This document shows positions 9,457-19,366 of a DNA stretch of 64,000 bases, piece after piece. The translations under genes were made by a program, and so were the position numbers. Position 1 is the stretch's first letter; the number at the start of each line of letters is the position of its first letter. The stretch comes from Terriglobia bacterium (GTDB taxonomy: Bacteria > Acidobacteriota > Terriglobia > Acidiferrales > UBA7541), in contig OY968796.1 of the NCBI GenBank assembly GCA_963695545.1, forward strand, positions 2,976,001 to 3,040,000. The letters run 5' to 3'. Under the pieces are notes generated by a model. The model searched no databases. It saw only the letters and a program-made list of their open reading frames with translations, and was not told where the DNA came from.

Positions 9457-10395
9457 ATGGGCTTCATCTCCGAAATTCAGTATCCGACTCGCTGGTATTC
9501 CAAGTTGTTGGCCGCGGTGCTGGCGCTCGCGTTTTTCTGGTTCGTGGCCACGCTGGCGATTTCGGGATTTATTTTGTACCGCATTGTTTCGCCGGCGCCC
9601 AGCCAGACGAATCTTGACTTCAGTAATTTCCCCGGTCATCCCGAAGATATGACGTATCAGGTGCGCGGCGAAGGCAGCCGCGACGGTTGGTTTTTCCCCG
9701 GCCGCGAGAATGCGCCGACCATCGTGCTGTGCCCCGGCTACCAGCAGAATCGCGGCGAACTGCTTACGCTCGCTTCGGCCTTGCAATATCACGAATACAA
9801 CGTTTTCCTTTTCGATTTTTCGGGCCAGGGCACAAGTCCCGGCCGGTCGTTGCTTGGCTATCGCGAAACCGTGGAGCTCAAGGCGGTGATCGATGCCCTG
9901 GCGCAACGCGACGACGTGGACCGCTCGCATTTCGGTCTGTGGGGCACCAACATGGGCGGCTACGCCGCGATGGCCGAGGCTGAATCCGATCCGCGCGTGG
10001 CGGCGTTCGCCGTGGAATCCGTGTACGATCGGCCCGAAGAGGAACTCGATCTTCTTGTTTCGCGCTCGGGCCTCGGCGCCATGCCGTTAATCACACGCGC
10101 GACGCACTGGGATTTCGATTTGCTCGCGCGCGACTACCGCGGCACGCCGCCGCTATCGACCGGACTCGGGCGCCTTGCGGACGTGCCGAAACTTTATATC
10201 GAAGCCGCCGATGAACCGGAACTTTCCGAGAGCACGCACGATCTCTTCGTGAACTCCCCCGATCCCAGCCAAGAGGCGGTTATCGCGCGCGGCAATTATG
10301 TCAGCATGCTCGACGACGACAAGCACAGCTACGAAAACCGCCTCGTCAGTTTTTTCCTTACCAACTTGCCGCCAGCAAGCCGCGCTCACCGCTAA
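9457..10395 (+). CDS. membrane-anchored alpha/beta hydrolase-fold protein
   Basis: N-terminal TM, GWFFPG..TIVLCPG, FDFSGQG; nucleophile elbow reads GTNMGG (Asn in place of Ser). Confidence 0.8.
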   Translation: MGFISEIQYPTRWYSKLLAAVLALAFFWFVATLAISGFILYRIVSPAPSQTNLDFSNFPGHPEDMTYQVRGEGSRDGWFFPGRENAPTIVLCPGYQQNRGELLTLASALQYHEYNVFLFDFSGQGTSPGRSLLGYRETVELKAVIDALAQRDDVDRSHFGLWGTNMGGYAAMAEAESDPRVAAFAVESVYDRPEEELDLLVSRSGLGAMPLITRATHWDFDLLARDYRGTPPLSTGLGRLADVPKLYIEAADEPELSESTHDLFVNSPDPSQEAVIARGNYVSMLDDDKHSYENRLVSFFLTNLPPASRAHR

Positions 10396-10486
10396 TCGCC
10401 CGCGCAGCGCCGTCCGTTCGCAAAACGGAGACGCGACACGGCGCGGCGCTGGAATACTGGCGTTGCTCTCCTACATAATGCCCCGC

Positions 10487-11443
10487 ATGCGGGAGCGCCT
10501 GGAAGTTGCGGCAGCGTGGCTATTCTTGAAGGCGCTGCGGATTTTGCCCCGGCCGCTCGCGCGCGTGGTGGGCGCTTGGATCGCGCGCCTGCTGTTTTCT
10601 CTGAGGCCGCCGCTGCGCCGCGTGGCGCTGGAAAATTTGCGCTTCGCGTTTCCGGATTGGTCCGACCCGCAGCGCCGCGGCGTGATTCGCGGAATGGTTC
10701 GGCAAATCGGCTGGCTGGCGGCGGAGTTCGCGCATCTCCCGTCGCTCAATCGCCGGAATCTCGAGCGCGTGATCCTGCTGGACGATCTCGAAAATTTTCG
10801 CGCGGCCCTGGCGCGAGGAAAAGGCGTGCTGTTTCTCACCGGGCACATGAGCGCCTGGGAATTGGGCCCATACGCGCACGCCTTGCACGAAGCGCCGCTG
10901 CATTTCCTGGTCCGCGCGGTGGACAACTCCCGCGTGGACGCACTTATTGAGCGCTATCGTTGCGCCAGCGGCAACACGCCGATCGATAAGAATGAAGCGG
11001 CGCGCGCGGTCCTGCGTGTTCTCCGTGCCAACGGCGTCGTCGGCATTCTGGCGGACCACAACGCGTCGCGCTTGGAAGGTGTGTTCGTCAATTTTTTCGG
11101 AGCCCCCGCGTGCAGCACCGCGGGCCTCGCGCGTTTCGCCTTGCACACCGGCGCCGCCGTGGTGCCCGCGTTCGTAAGTTGGGACGCCGCCATCGCCAAA
11201 TATCGACTCGCCTATCAGCCGGCGCTGGAAATCGTGCGCACCGGCGACGAGACGGCCGACGTCATCGCGAATACCCAGCGCTTCATGGAAATCGTCGAAG
11301 CCCACGTGCGGCGCTATCCCGACCAATGGCTTTGGGTGCATCGGCGCTGGAGAGAACGCCCCGCGGGCGAGAACGCCTCGATTTACGACGCGCGCCCGGC
11401 GGCAAACACAACAACGACAACGACGACCACGACGAAAAACTGA
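10487..11443 (+). CDS. lpxL: lipid A biosynthesis acyltransferase (LpxL/HtrB family); alternative start 10478
   Basis: LTGHMSAWE, GILADH, FFG and YPDQWLWVHRRW motifs. Confidence 0.88.
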   Translation: MRERLEVAAAWLFLKALRILPRPLARVVGAWIARLLFSLRPPLRRVALENLRFAFPDWSDPQRRGVIRGMVRQIGWLAAEFAHLPSLNRRNLERVILLDDLENFRAALARGKGVLFLTGHMSAWELGPYAHALHEAPLHFLVRAVDNSRVDALIERYRCASGNTPIDKNEAARAVLRVLRANGVVGILADHNASRLEGVFVNFFGAPACSTAGLARFALHTGAAVVPAFVSWDAAIAKYRLAYQPALEIVRTGDETADVIANTQRFMEIVEAHVRRYPDQWLWVHRRWRERPAGENASIYDARPAANTTTTTTTTTKN

Positions 11444-11473
11444 CCGCTGATCCGCGCGTACCGGAGGACGATC

Positions 11474-11800
11474 ATGAGCGACGCAGAATTCTTCGAGCTT
11501 TCGGAACTACGACGACGCCAGACGGCCGCTGGTAAATCGTACTTTGAATTTCTGCGAAATGCCGCGATGAGCGCCGGCGTTTACGTCGTCTCACCCGGCG
11601 GCTCGGATACGCAAACGCCGCATCGCGAAGATGAACTGTATTATGTAGTCCGCGGACGTGCTCGCATGCGTGCCGGAGCGGAAGAGAGAGTCGTGAACAC
11701 GGGTAGCGTGATCTACGTCGCCGCGGGCGTAGAACACCGCTTCCACGATGTCGAAGAGGAATTGACCGTGCTCGTGTTCTTTGCCCCTCCGGAAAGTTAG
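11474..11800 (+). CDS. cupin domain protein
   Basis: QTPHREDELYYVVRG..AGVEHRFH; GGAGG RBS. Confidence 0.9.
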   Translation: MSDAEFFELSELRRRQTAAGKSYFEFLRNAAMSAGVYVVSPGGSDTQTPHREDELYYVVRGRARMRAGAEERVVNTGSVIYVAAGVEHRFHDVEEELTVLVFFAPPES

Positions 11801-11865
11801 GCGCGCAGAACGCGCGTTTCTAAGAATCCTTTGCGAGGAATCGAACGAAGAAGAGAGGTCACGCC

Positions 11866-12882
11866 ATGCCGACCGCAGCAGAACTCGCCAAACATTTGAA
11901 TTGCCGGTTGATCGGAGAATCCGTGCGCATTTCCGGCGTGGCCGCTCCCGAAACCGCCGGCGCCGAAGATTTGATTTATCTCGATGCGCCTCGTCAGGCC
12001 AGCCGCGGCGCGGCTTCGGCCGCACGCTGCGCAATCGTTGCGCCGGGCGTGGAGCTTGCGGGCAAAACGCTGATCGAATCGTCCACGCCGAAACTCGATT
12101 TTGCGCGGGCCGCCGCATTGATTCTGACCGCGCCGCGCATCGCGCAGGGAATTCACGCCCGCGCCGTGGTCGCGCCCACTGCGAAGCTCGGACTCGGCGT
12201 TCGCGTTGGGCCGTTTGCGGTCATCGAAGAGGACGCGGTCGTCGGTGCGAGCTCTGAGGTCGGCGCTCATTGCGTGATCGGCCGCGGCGCGCGCCTTGGC
12301 GATCGCTGCCGCTTGTATCCCCGTGTGACCCTCTATCCCGGCGCGCGAATCGGCGCGAACGTAATCATTCACGCCGGCGCGGTGATTGGTTCCGACGGCT
12401 TCGGCTACGTTCCGGACAGCGACGGAAAATATTGGAAATTCCCGCAGACCGGCGAAGTTGAAATCGGCGACGACGTGGAAATCGGCGCCAACACCACAAT
12501 CGACCGCGGCTCGCTTGGCCGCACGGAAGTCGCCCGAGGCACCAAGATCGACAACCTCGTACAGATCGGCCATAACGTGCGCATCGGCGAGCACTCCGTC
12601 GTCGCCGCCCAGGCGGGAATCGCCGGTTCCTCGGTCCTGGGCCGGCGCGTCGTGATCGGCGGCCAAGTGGGAATCGCGGACAACTGCACAATCGAAGATG
12701 GCGCCATCGTTGGTGCGCAAGGCGGCGTCCCGTCGAACAAGAGATTGCCGGGTGGCCGGGTCTATTGGGGCACTCCGGCTCGGCCCATCGAAGATATTCT
12801 GGAGCAATACGCCTGGCTCGGCCGCCTGCCTGGGCTTGCCGAGCGCCTGAAGGCGCTGGAAATGAAAAATTCTGCGGATTAG
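11866..12882 (+). CDS. lpxD: UDP-3-O-(3-hydroxyacyl)glucosamine N-acyltransferase
   Basis: Hexapeptide repeats, [31 protein letters not shown]. Confidence 0.95.
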   Translation: MPTAAELAKHLNCRLIGESVRISGVAAPETAGAEDLIYLDAPRQASRGAASAARCAIVAPGVELAGKTLIESSTPKLDFARAAALILTAPRIAQGIHARAVVAPTAKLGLGVRVGPFAVIEEDAVVGASSEVGAHCVIGRGARLGDRCRLYPRVTLYPGARIGANVIIHAGAVIGSDGFGYVPDSDGKYWKFPQTGEVEIGDDVEIGANTTIDRGSLGRTEVARGTKIDNLVQIGHNVRIGEHSVVAAQAGIAGSSVLGRRVVIGGQVGIADNCTIEDGAIVGAQGGVPSNKRLPGGRVYWGTPARPIEDILEQYAWLGRLPGLAERLKALEMKNSAD

Positions 12883-13201
12883 CGCTCCCGCGTGACGCTA
12901 TGTGGAGTAAACGTTTCCATGAATTGGGCTTTTTGGTTGGCCCGGACCTGTAACCTTTTCTCCCAAATTTTGTATAATCCGGGTTGACCGCTCGCCCAAA
13001 CCCCCCGATAATATTGCTGTCAGTACCATGCTTCCCGGCGCCGGGAGCGGACTCGTGGGTGCGGGTCTGTGAATGGCTATTGGGCCCCAAAAGAAAAATC
13101 GGGGGAATGCGAGAGCACCGGGTACAGGTATTTGTGAAGCCAGTGTACTTGCAGGGCCCTCCGATGCATCTCAACCTTGGGACGGAGAGTCTAATTAAGC
13201 T

Positions 13202-15250
13202 ATGGCGGTAGGAGCGAGAATCGGCCTCGACCCGGTGCCATCCGGGGGACAACGCGGCGTTGAATCCGCGCCCGCGCTTGAACGCCTGCAGGAGGCGATT
13301 GAGCGGGGCGTCGACTATTTGCTCTCGATTCAGGCGCCGGAAGGTTACTGGCTCGGCGAACTCGAAGCCGATACCACGCTTGAATCCGACTACATCTTCT
13401 ATCTCAACGTTTTAGGCAAGGCCGATCCCCTGCGCGTCTCGAAGCTCGCGAATTACGTGCAGCAACGCCAGCTTGATGACGGCGGCTGGAACATTTACGA
13501 AGGCGGGCCCTCCGAATTAAACGCCACGATCAAAGCCTACGTGGCTTTGAAACTCGCTGGCCATTCCTCCGATGCGCCGCACATGCGCCAGGCGCGCGAG
13601 CGCGTCCATGCCCTGGGCGGATTCGAGCACGCGAATTCCTACACACGCTTTTATCTGGCTCTGGTCGGCGCCGTGGAATGGGATGTTGTCCCCGCTGTGC
13701 CGCCTGAGCTGATGCTCCTGCCGAATTGGTTCGCCGTGAATATCTACGAGATGTCGTCGTGGACGCGCGGCATCGTGATTCCTCTCGCGATACTTTACGC
13801 GCGCAAGCCGGAATGGAAACTCGATCGCCCGCTCGGCATCGAGGAACTCTTTCGCAATCCCGAGAATAAATCCGCGGCGCTCGCATGGAGCGATCGCCTC
13901 ATCAGTTGGCGCAATTTCTTCCTGGCGCTCGATCGTGCCTACAAACTTTACGAACGCTTGCCTTGGAAGCCGCTGCACAATCGCGCCGTGCGCCAGGCCA
14001 ACGCCTGGCTGCTCGAGCACCTCGAGCGCAGCGACGGTCTCGGCGCCATTTACCCCGCGATGATGAACGCGATTTTCGCGCTGGTCGCCATGGGCCACGC
14101 GCCCGACGATCCGCTCACCATGCGCGAAATTGGGCAGCTCGCGCGATTTGAAATCGAGGAAGAAGACACCATTCGCGTGCAGCCATGCACCTCGCCGGTT
14201 TGGGACGCGGCCATCGCATTGGTCGCGCTTGAAGAGGCTGGCTTGCCGCCCGACCACCCCGCGCTGGTGCGCGCCGCGGATTGGCTGCTGGGAAGACAAA
14301 TTGTCGGCACGGGCGATTGGATGGTGAAGAATCGCGACGCCGCGCCCGCCGGCTGGGCCTTCGAGTTCCGCAACGATTTCTATCCAGACGTAGACGACAC
14401 CGCATTCGTGCTCATGGCGCTTCAGAGCGTGGATTTCCCGGAGAAAGAGCGCATGGAAGCCGCAGTGCGCGGCGGCATCGCGTGGCTTGTCTCCATGCAG
14501 AATCGCGATGGCGGCTGGGGCGCGTTTGACCGCGACAACGATCGCGCGTTCTTGACCGAAATTCCCTTCGCCGACCACAACGCCATGATCGATCCTTCCA
14601 CTGCCGACGTCACCGCGCGCGTGGTCGAATGCCTGGGCCGCTACGGCTGGCCCGGCGCGCATCCGGTGTTACAGCGCGCGATCGCTTTCCTCCGTAAAGA
14701 TCAGACCGACGATGGTTCCTGGTACGGCCGCTGGGGCGTCAACTATGTCTATGGCACAAGCGGCGTGTTGCGCGCGCTTGAGACACTCACGCTCACCGCG
14801 CAGGAATATTGCCAGCGGGCGGTCTCGTGGCTGCGCTCCGTGCAAAATCCCGATGGCGGTTTCGGCGAAACGGCTGCGTCCTATGCGGACGCTTCGCTCA
14901 AGGGCAAAGGTCCGAGCACGCCTTCGCAAACCGCCTGGGGACTGATCGGCCTGCTGGCTGCCGGCAAGACGCACGATTCCGCGCCCGGCCCCGTGGCCGA
15001 TTCTTCCGTGCGGCGTGCCGTGAGTCATTTGGTCGAGACGCAAAATTCCGATGGCTCGTGGGATGAAAACGAGACCACCGGCACAGGTTTTCCGCGCGTC
15101 TTCTACTTGAAATATCATTTGTATCGCGATTACTTCCCGCTGTACGCGCTGGCCCGCTTTCGCAACATGGAGCAGCAGAGCGGAACTTTTTGCGCCTTGC
15201 ATGTCGAGCCGGAATCGCTCGGCCTGCAATCACGCGCCCGGAGCAATTGA
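13202..15250 (+). CDS. shc: squalene-hopene cyclase
   Basis: YPDVDDTA catalytic motif, QW repeats (QNRDGGW, QNPDGGF, QNSDGSW), GTGFPRVFYLKYHLY. Confidence 0.97.
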   Translation: MAVGARIGLDPVPSGGQRGVESAPALERLQEAIERGVDYLLSIQAPEGYWLGELEADTTLESDYIFYLNVLGKADPLRVSKLANYVQQRQLDDGGWNIYEGGPSELNATIKAYVALKLAGHSSDAPHMRQARERVHALGGFEHANSYTRFYLALVGAVEWDVVPAVPPELMLLPNWFAVNIYEMSSWTRGIVIPLAILYARKPEWKLDRPLGIEELFRNPENKSAALAWSDRLISWRNFFLALDRAYKLYERLPWKPLHNRAVRQANAWLLEHLERSDGLGAIYPAMMNAIFALVAMGHAPDDPLTMREIGQLARFEIEEEDTIRVQPCTSPVWDAAIALVALEEAGLPPDHPALVRAADWLLGRQIVGTGDWMVKNRDAAPAGWAFEFRNDFYPDVDDTAFVLMALQSVDFPEKERMEAAVRGGIAWLVSMQNRDGGWGAFDRDNDRAFLTEIPFADHNAMIDPSTADVTARVVECLGRYGWPGAHPVLQRAIAFLRKDQTDDGSWYGRWGVNYVYGTSGVLRALETLTLTAQEYCQRAVSWLRSVQNPDGGFGETAASYADASLKGKGPSTPSQTAWGLIGLLAAGKTHDSAPGPVADSSVRRAVSHLVETQNSDGSWDENETTGTGFPRVFYLKYHLYRDYFPLYALARFRNMEQQSGTFCALHVEPESLGLQSRARSN

Positions 15251-16407
15251 TGAGATATCCGCTGAAGATGACCACGAATCTGGCGAAGTACATCGCCAAG
15301 AATCGCTTCAAAGGCAAAGAGAAATTCCCGATGGTGCTGATGCTCGAGCCACTGCACGCCTGCAACTTGACGTGCACGGGCTGCGGCCGCATCCGCGAAT
15401 ATAAATCCACCATCAGTGAAATTCTCACCGTCGAGGAATGCCTGGCCGCGGTGGATAGCTCGGGCGCGCCGGTCGTCTCCATCTGCGGCGGCGAACCGAT
15501 GATCTATCCGGAAATCGGTCGCCTCACGCGCGAAATTCTGGATCGCGGCCGGCACATCATCCTCTGCACGAATGGAATGTTCATTCGCAAGCGCCTGCAT
15601 GAGTTCAAGCCGAGCTCCAGCTTTTTCTGGAACGTGCATTTGGACGGCATGGAGCGCACGCACGATCTGTGCGTCGAAAAAGACGGCGTTTTCCGCGATG
15701 CCGTTGAGGGCATCAAGGCAGCCAAGGCCGCCGGCTTCCTGGTTTGCTCGAACACCACAATTTACAAGGAAACCGATCTCGAAGAAGTCGCCGAGCTCTA
15801 TTCCTTCCTCGATGGCCTCGGCGTCGATGGCTACATGGTTTCGCCCGCGTACGGTTACAGCTCCGTGCAAACCAAAGACATCTTCATGTCGCGCGAGGAC
15901 GTGCGCGAAAAATTCCGCGCCGCGCTCGAATTGCTCGGCAAATACAACCTGATGGTTTCGCCGATCTATCTCGATTTCCTGCGCGGCGAACGCGAACTCG
16001 ATTGCACGGCCTGGGGCACGCCCACATTTAATCCCCGCGGCTGGAAAGGTCCGTGCTACCTGATCACCGATCAACACCACGCGTCGTATCAGGAACTGGT
16101 TGACAACACCGACTGGTCGAAATACGGACCCGGCAACGATCCGCGCTGCGCCGATTGCATGATGCATGTCGGCTTCGAGCCTTCCCCGATTCTGGGCGCG
16201 CACCGCCGCCTCGGCGACACCTGGAGAATGTTCAAGTGGCAGATGAGCGGGCGCATGGGCGGCCGACATTTTTCCGATAGCCGCGACAACGGCCATTCCA
16301 CAGGTTCAAATGGCGGCGCGGGCACCGGCGTTAGCGGAATGATTCCGCCGCCTCCGGCGCGGCCCGAGGAATTGGTTTCCGCCGACGGGAGTTTGCGAGT
16401 GCTATGA
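15250..16407 (+). CDS. hpnH: radical SAM adenosylhopane synthase
   Basis: LMLEPLHACNLTCTGCG, GGEP, CTAWGTP, DPRCADCMMHVGFEPS; ATG overlaps the shc stop. Confidence 0.93.
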   Translation: MRYPLKMTTNLAKYIAKNRFKGKEKFPMVLMLEPLHACNLTCTGCGRIREYKSTISEILTVEECLAAVDSSGAPVVSICGGEPMIYPEIGRLTREILDRGRHIILCTNGMFIRKRLHEFKPSSSFFWNVHLDGMERTHDLCVEKDGVFRDAVEGIKAAKAAGFLVCSNTTIYKETDLEEVAELYSFLDGLGVDGYMVSPAYGYSSVQTKDIFMSREDVREKFRAALELLGKYNLMVSPIYLDFLRGERELDCTAWGTPTFNPRGWKGPCYLITDQHHASYQELVDNTDWSKYGPGNDPRCADCMMHVGFEPSPILGAHRRLGDTWRMFKWQMSGRMGGRHFSDSRDNGHSTGSNGGAGTGVSGMIPPPPARPEELVSADGSLRVL

Positions 16408-17432
16408 CCACGCTGGTCACAGGCGCAACCGGTTTTCTCGGCAGCCACGTCGCGCTGCAACTCCTCGCGCGCGGCGAGAAAAACGTGCGCGTACTCGTGC
16501 GGCCATCGAGCGATCTTCGCGCGCTCGCCGGCCTCGCTGTCGAGCGCGTCACCGGCGACCTGCGCGATCCCGCTTCGCTCGATCGCGCGCTCGCGGGCGT
16601 CGAACGCGTCTATCACGTCGCCGCGGATTACCGATTGTGGGCGCGCGATCCGCGCGAAATTTACGAATCGAATGTCACCGGCACGCGCAATCTTCTCGCC
16701 GCAGCGCGTCGCGCGGGCGTCGCGCGCATCGTGTACACAAGCACCGTCGCCACAATCGCCGTTCCCAGCGCGGGGCCGCTTCCGAATGAGAATACGGAAG
16801 CGCGCCTGACGGACATGATCGGCGCGTACAAGCGCTCGAAGTTTCTCGCCGAGCAGGAAGTTCTGGCGGCTGCGCGCGAAGGCTTGCCCGTGGTGATCGT
16901 GAATCCGACCACGCCCGTCGGCCCCGGCGATTGGAAGCCCACGCCGACCGGCAAGATCATCGTCGATTTTCTGAATGGCCGAATGCCCGCGTACGTCGAT
17001 ACCGGCCTGAATTTCGTCGCTGTCGAAGACGCTGCCGCCGGACACCTGCTGGCGGCTGAGCGTGGCCGCCTCGGCGAGCGCTATCTGCTCGGCGGCGAGA
17101 ATCTTTCGTTGCGCGAATTGCTCGAAGGTTTGGCCCACGTGAGCGGCCGCCCGGCGCCGCGATTCCGCGTGCCGATCGCCGTTGCGTTCGCCGCGGCCTA
17201 CGCCGATACGCTCGTCGCACGCCTCACCGGTCGCGAGCCGCAAATTCCGATCGATGGCGTGCGCATCGCGCGCCACCGCATGTTCGTCGATTGCAGCAAG
17301 GCCGTGCGCGAGTTGGGCTTTGCGCCGGGCCCCGTCGCCGCGGCGCTGGACCGCGCGGTCCGCTGGTATGAAGGCAACGGTTACGTCGCGGAAATCGGCG
17401 GCGAGCGATTGCAACGCGCGCACGCAGCCTGA
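16404..17432 (+). CDS. hpnA: hopanoid-associated NAD-dependent epimerase/dehydratase
   Basis: GATGFLG, HVAADYRLW, YKRSK, PVGPGDWKPTPTG. Confidence 0.92.
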   Translation: MTTLVTGATGFLGSHVALQLLARGEKNVRVLVRPSSDLRALAGLAVERVTGDLRDPASLDRALAGVERVYHVAADYRLWARDPREIYESNVTGTRNLLAAARRAGVARIVYTSTVATIAVPSAGPLPNENTEARLTDMIGAYKRSKFLAEQEVLAAAREGLPVVIVNPTTPVGPGDWKPTPTGKIIVDFLNGRMPAYVDTGLNFVAVEDAAAGHLLAAERGRLGERYLLGGENLSLRELLEGLAHVSGRPAPRFRVPIAVAFAAAYADTLVARLTGREPQIPIDGVRIARHRMFVDCSKAVRELGFAPGPVAAALDRAVRWYEGNGYVAEIGGERLQRAHAA

Positions 17433-17504
17433 GCGCGAGCGCCAACGAATTTGTTTTTGGGCCCAGGGAAGTTTGGGCCAGGCCCGAAGAAGCCGGAGGA
17501 AGCG

Positions 17505-18263
17505 ATGAGGGCGGTTGTCACGTTTGCGGTGAATGCGGAGTTCGCTCCGTGGCGGCGATTGCGAGAATTTCGTCGCGTTCGATCCGCCGCGCCGGTGTGG
17601 TACGAATATTCCGCGGCAGAAGGGCTTAAGGTGCGAGTGGTGCTGACGGGAATGGGCGAAAGTCTGGCGCGTTTGGCGGCGAGAGAAGCTCTTGCTGACG
17701 GCGCGGACGTTTGCATTTCGTCCGGCCTGGCGGGAGGATTGCGCGCGGGGCAGCGCACTGGGGATATTCTGGTGGCCCAGGTCGTCGTGAAAGATCGCGA
17801 GCCGGTGGCCGTAGCGAGCGATCCCGATCTCGTCGCGCTGGCTGCGGAATGCGGCGCGCGGCAAGCCGCCCGCTTCGTCACCTGCAAGGAAATCGTGGCT
17901 CGCGCCGCCGATAAAAAGCGTTTGGGCGATCGAGCGGACGCGGTTGAAATGGAAAGTCTCGCGGTGCTGGCCGAAGCCGCCGTGCGCGGCGTGCCGGCAG
18001 TTGCCGTTCGCGCGATTGCGGACACCGTGGATTTCGATCTGCCGTTCGACTTCTCGAAAGCGCGCGGCGCCGATGGTCAGATTCGCACGAGCCGCGTGTT
18101 CGCCGCCGTCGCGTTGCGGCCGCAGCGCATTCCCGCGCTCATGCGCCTGGCCGGAGATTGCCGGCGCGCGTCGCGCGGTTTGGCGCAATTTCTGGATGCG
18201 TACACGGGCTCTCTCTTGGAACGCTACAAAGGCGCGAAATCAGAATTGTTGGCGACCACATGA
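17505..18263 (+). CDS. hpnG: nucleoside phosphorylase-family protein, HpnG-like
   Basis: LTGMG, SSGLAGGL, AVEMES, VRAIAD; GGAGG RBS; position in the hopanoid operon. Confidence 0.72.
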   Translation: MRAVVTFAVNAEFAPWRRLREFRRVRSAAPVWYEYSAAEGLKVRVVLTGMGESLARLAAREALADGADVCISSGLAGGLRAGQRTGDILVAQVVVKDREPVAVASDPDLVALAAECGARQAARFVTCKEIVARAADKKRLGDRADAVEMESLAVLAEAAVRGVPAVAVRAIADTVDFDLPFDFSKARGADGQIRTSRVFAAVALRPQRIPALMRLAGDCRRASRGLAQFLDAYTGSLLERYKGAKSELLATT

Positions 18264-19366
18264 CGGAAGCCGTAGCCACGCACAACCCGCAGAATGCGGC
18301 GCTTGATTTCGGCGGCGCCGGAATGCGCGCGGCCGTGTATCGCGGCGCGGGTCGCGTGGTGGTCGAACCTGTACCCGTGCCTGAAATTTCCGCGGGCGAA
18401 ATCCTGATTCACGTCGCGGCCTGCGGCATCTGTGGCACCGACGTCAAAAAAATTCAGCACGGTTTCGTCGCGCCGCCGCAGATTTTCGGGCACGAAGCGG
18501 CCGGCACGGTCGTCGCGGTGGGCGAAGGCGTGGAGCGCTGGAAGCTTGGCGATCGGGTAGTTGGTTTTCACCACGTTCCTTGTGGTAACTGTTTTTATTG
18601 CACGCGTCGTCTATTTTCCCAGTGTCCGGCGTATAAGAAAGTAGGATTGACGGCTGGATTCACGCCAAACGGCGGTGGCTTCGCGGAATATGTGCGTGCC
18701 ATGCCCTGGGTGGTCGAGCGAGGCCTGCTGCGCATTCCGGACGAGGTCACGTTTGAAGAGGCCACGTTCGTCGAGCCGGTCAACACGTGCTTGAAAGCCG
18801 TCGAAGGCGCGCGTGTGGCAGCCGGCGAAACAGTTTTGGTGATGGGCCAGGGCCCGATCGGACTTCTGCTGATGCTTCTTGCGAAATTAAAGGGAGCTAC
18901 CGTGCTCGCGAGCGATCCGATGCCCGAGCGGCGCGCGAAAAGCGTGCAGCTTGGCGCCGCGGCGGCATTCGATCCGAACGAAAAGCGACTCTCCGCGCAA
19001 GTTCGCGAGTGGACCGATGGCCGCGGCGCTGACGCCGTTCTCGTCGCCGTGCCGATTCCCGCGGCGCTCACCGAAGGATTGTCCGTCGCGCGGCCCGGCG
19101 GACGCGTGCTGCTGTTCGCGCAAAACGATCCTAAGATGCGCATCGAATTTCCGGCCGCGGAAGTCGGCGTCGAGGAGAAAGAAATTCTAGGCAGCTACAG
19201 CGCCGCGATCGACCGCCAAAGCGAGGCGGCCGAACTGGTCTTCTCGCGGCGTTTGCCGGTGCGCGAGTTGATATCTCATCGTTTTCCGCTTGCGCAGTTT
19301 ACCGAGGCGCTTGATCTCGCATCTAATCCTAGGGGAGACTCTTTGAAGGTCGTTGTACTGCCATGA
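18260..19366 (+). CDS. zinc-dependent medium-chain dehydrogenase (polyol dehydrogenase-like), paralog 1
   Basis: CGICGTD, GHE, CGNCFYC..C, GQGPIG; Asp at end of Rossmann beta2 (LASD). Confidence 0.92.
   Translation: MTEAVATHNPQNAALDFGGAGMRAAVYRGAGRVVVEPVPVPEISAGEILIHVAACGICGTDVKKIQHGFVAPPQIFGHEAAGTVVAVGEGVERWKLGDRVVGFHHVPCGNCFYCTRRLFSQCPAYKKVGLTAGFTPNGGGFAEYVRAMPWVVERGLLRIPDEVTFEEATFVEPVNTCLKAVEGARVAAGETVLVMGQGPIGLLLMLLAKLKGATVLASDPMPERRAKSVQLGAAAAFDPNEKRLSAQVREWTDGRGADAVLVAVPIPAALTEGLSVARPGGRVLLFAQNDPKMRIEFPAAEVGVEEKEILGSYSAAIDRQSEAAELVFSRRLPVRELISHRFPLAQFTEALDLASNPRGDSLKVVVLP

Noticed and set aside
11405..11440. Poly-Thr tail of the LpxL-like protein as a phase-variation tract
   Set aside because: Mixed ACN codons, in frame and at the extreme C-terminus, so it cannot switch expression
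16089..18188. 699 aa minus-strand ORF
   Set aside because: Antisense to hpnH/hpnA/hpnG; no recognisable domain
18555..18670. AT-richer codon patch inside dehydrogenase paralog 1
   Set aside because: Reading frame and Zn ligands are intact; no properly spaced promoter or repeat boundary found
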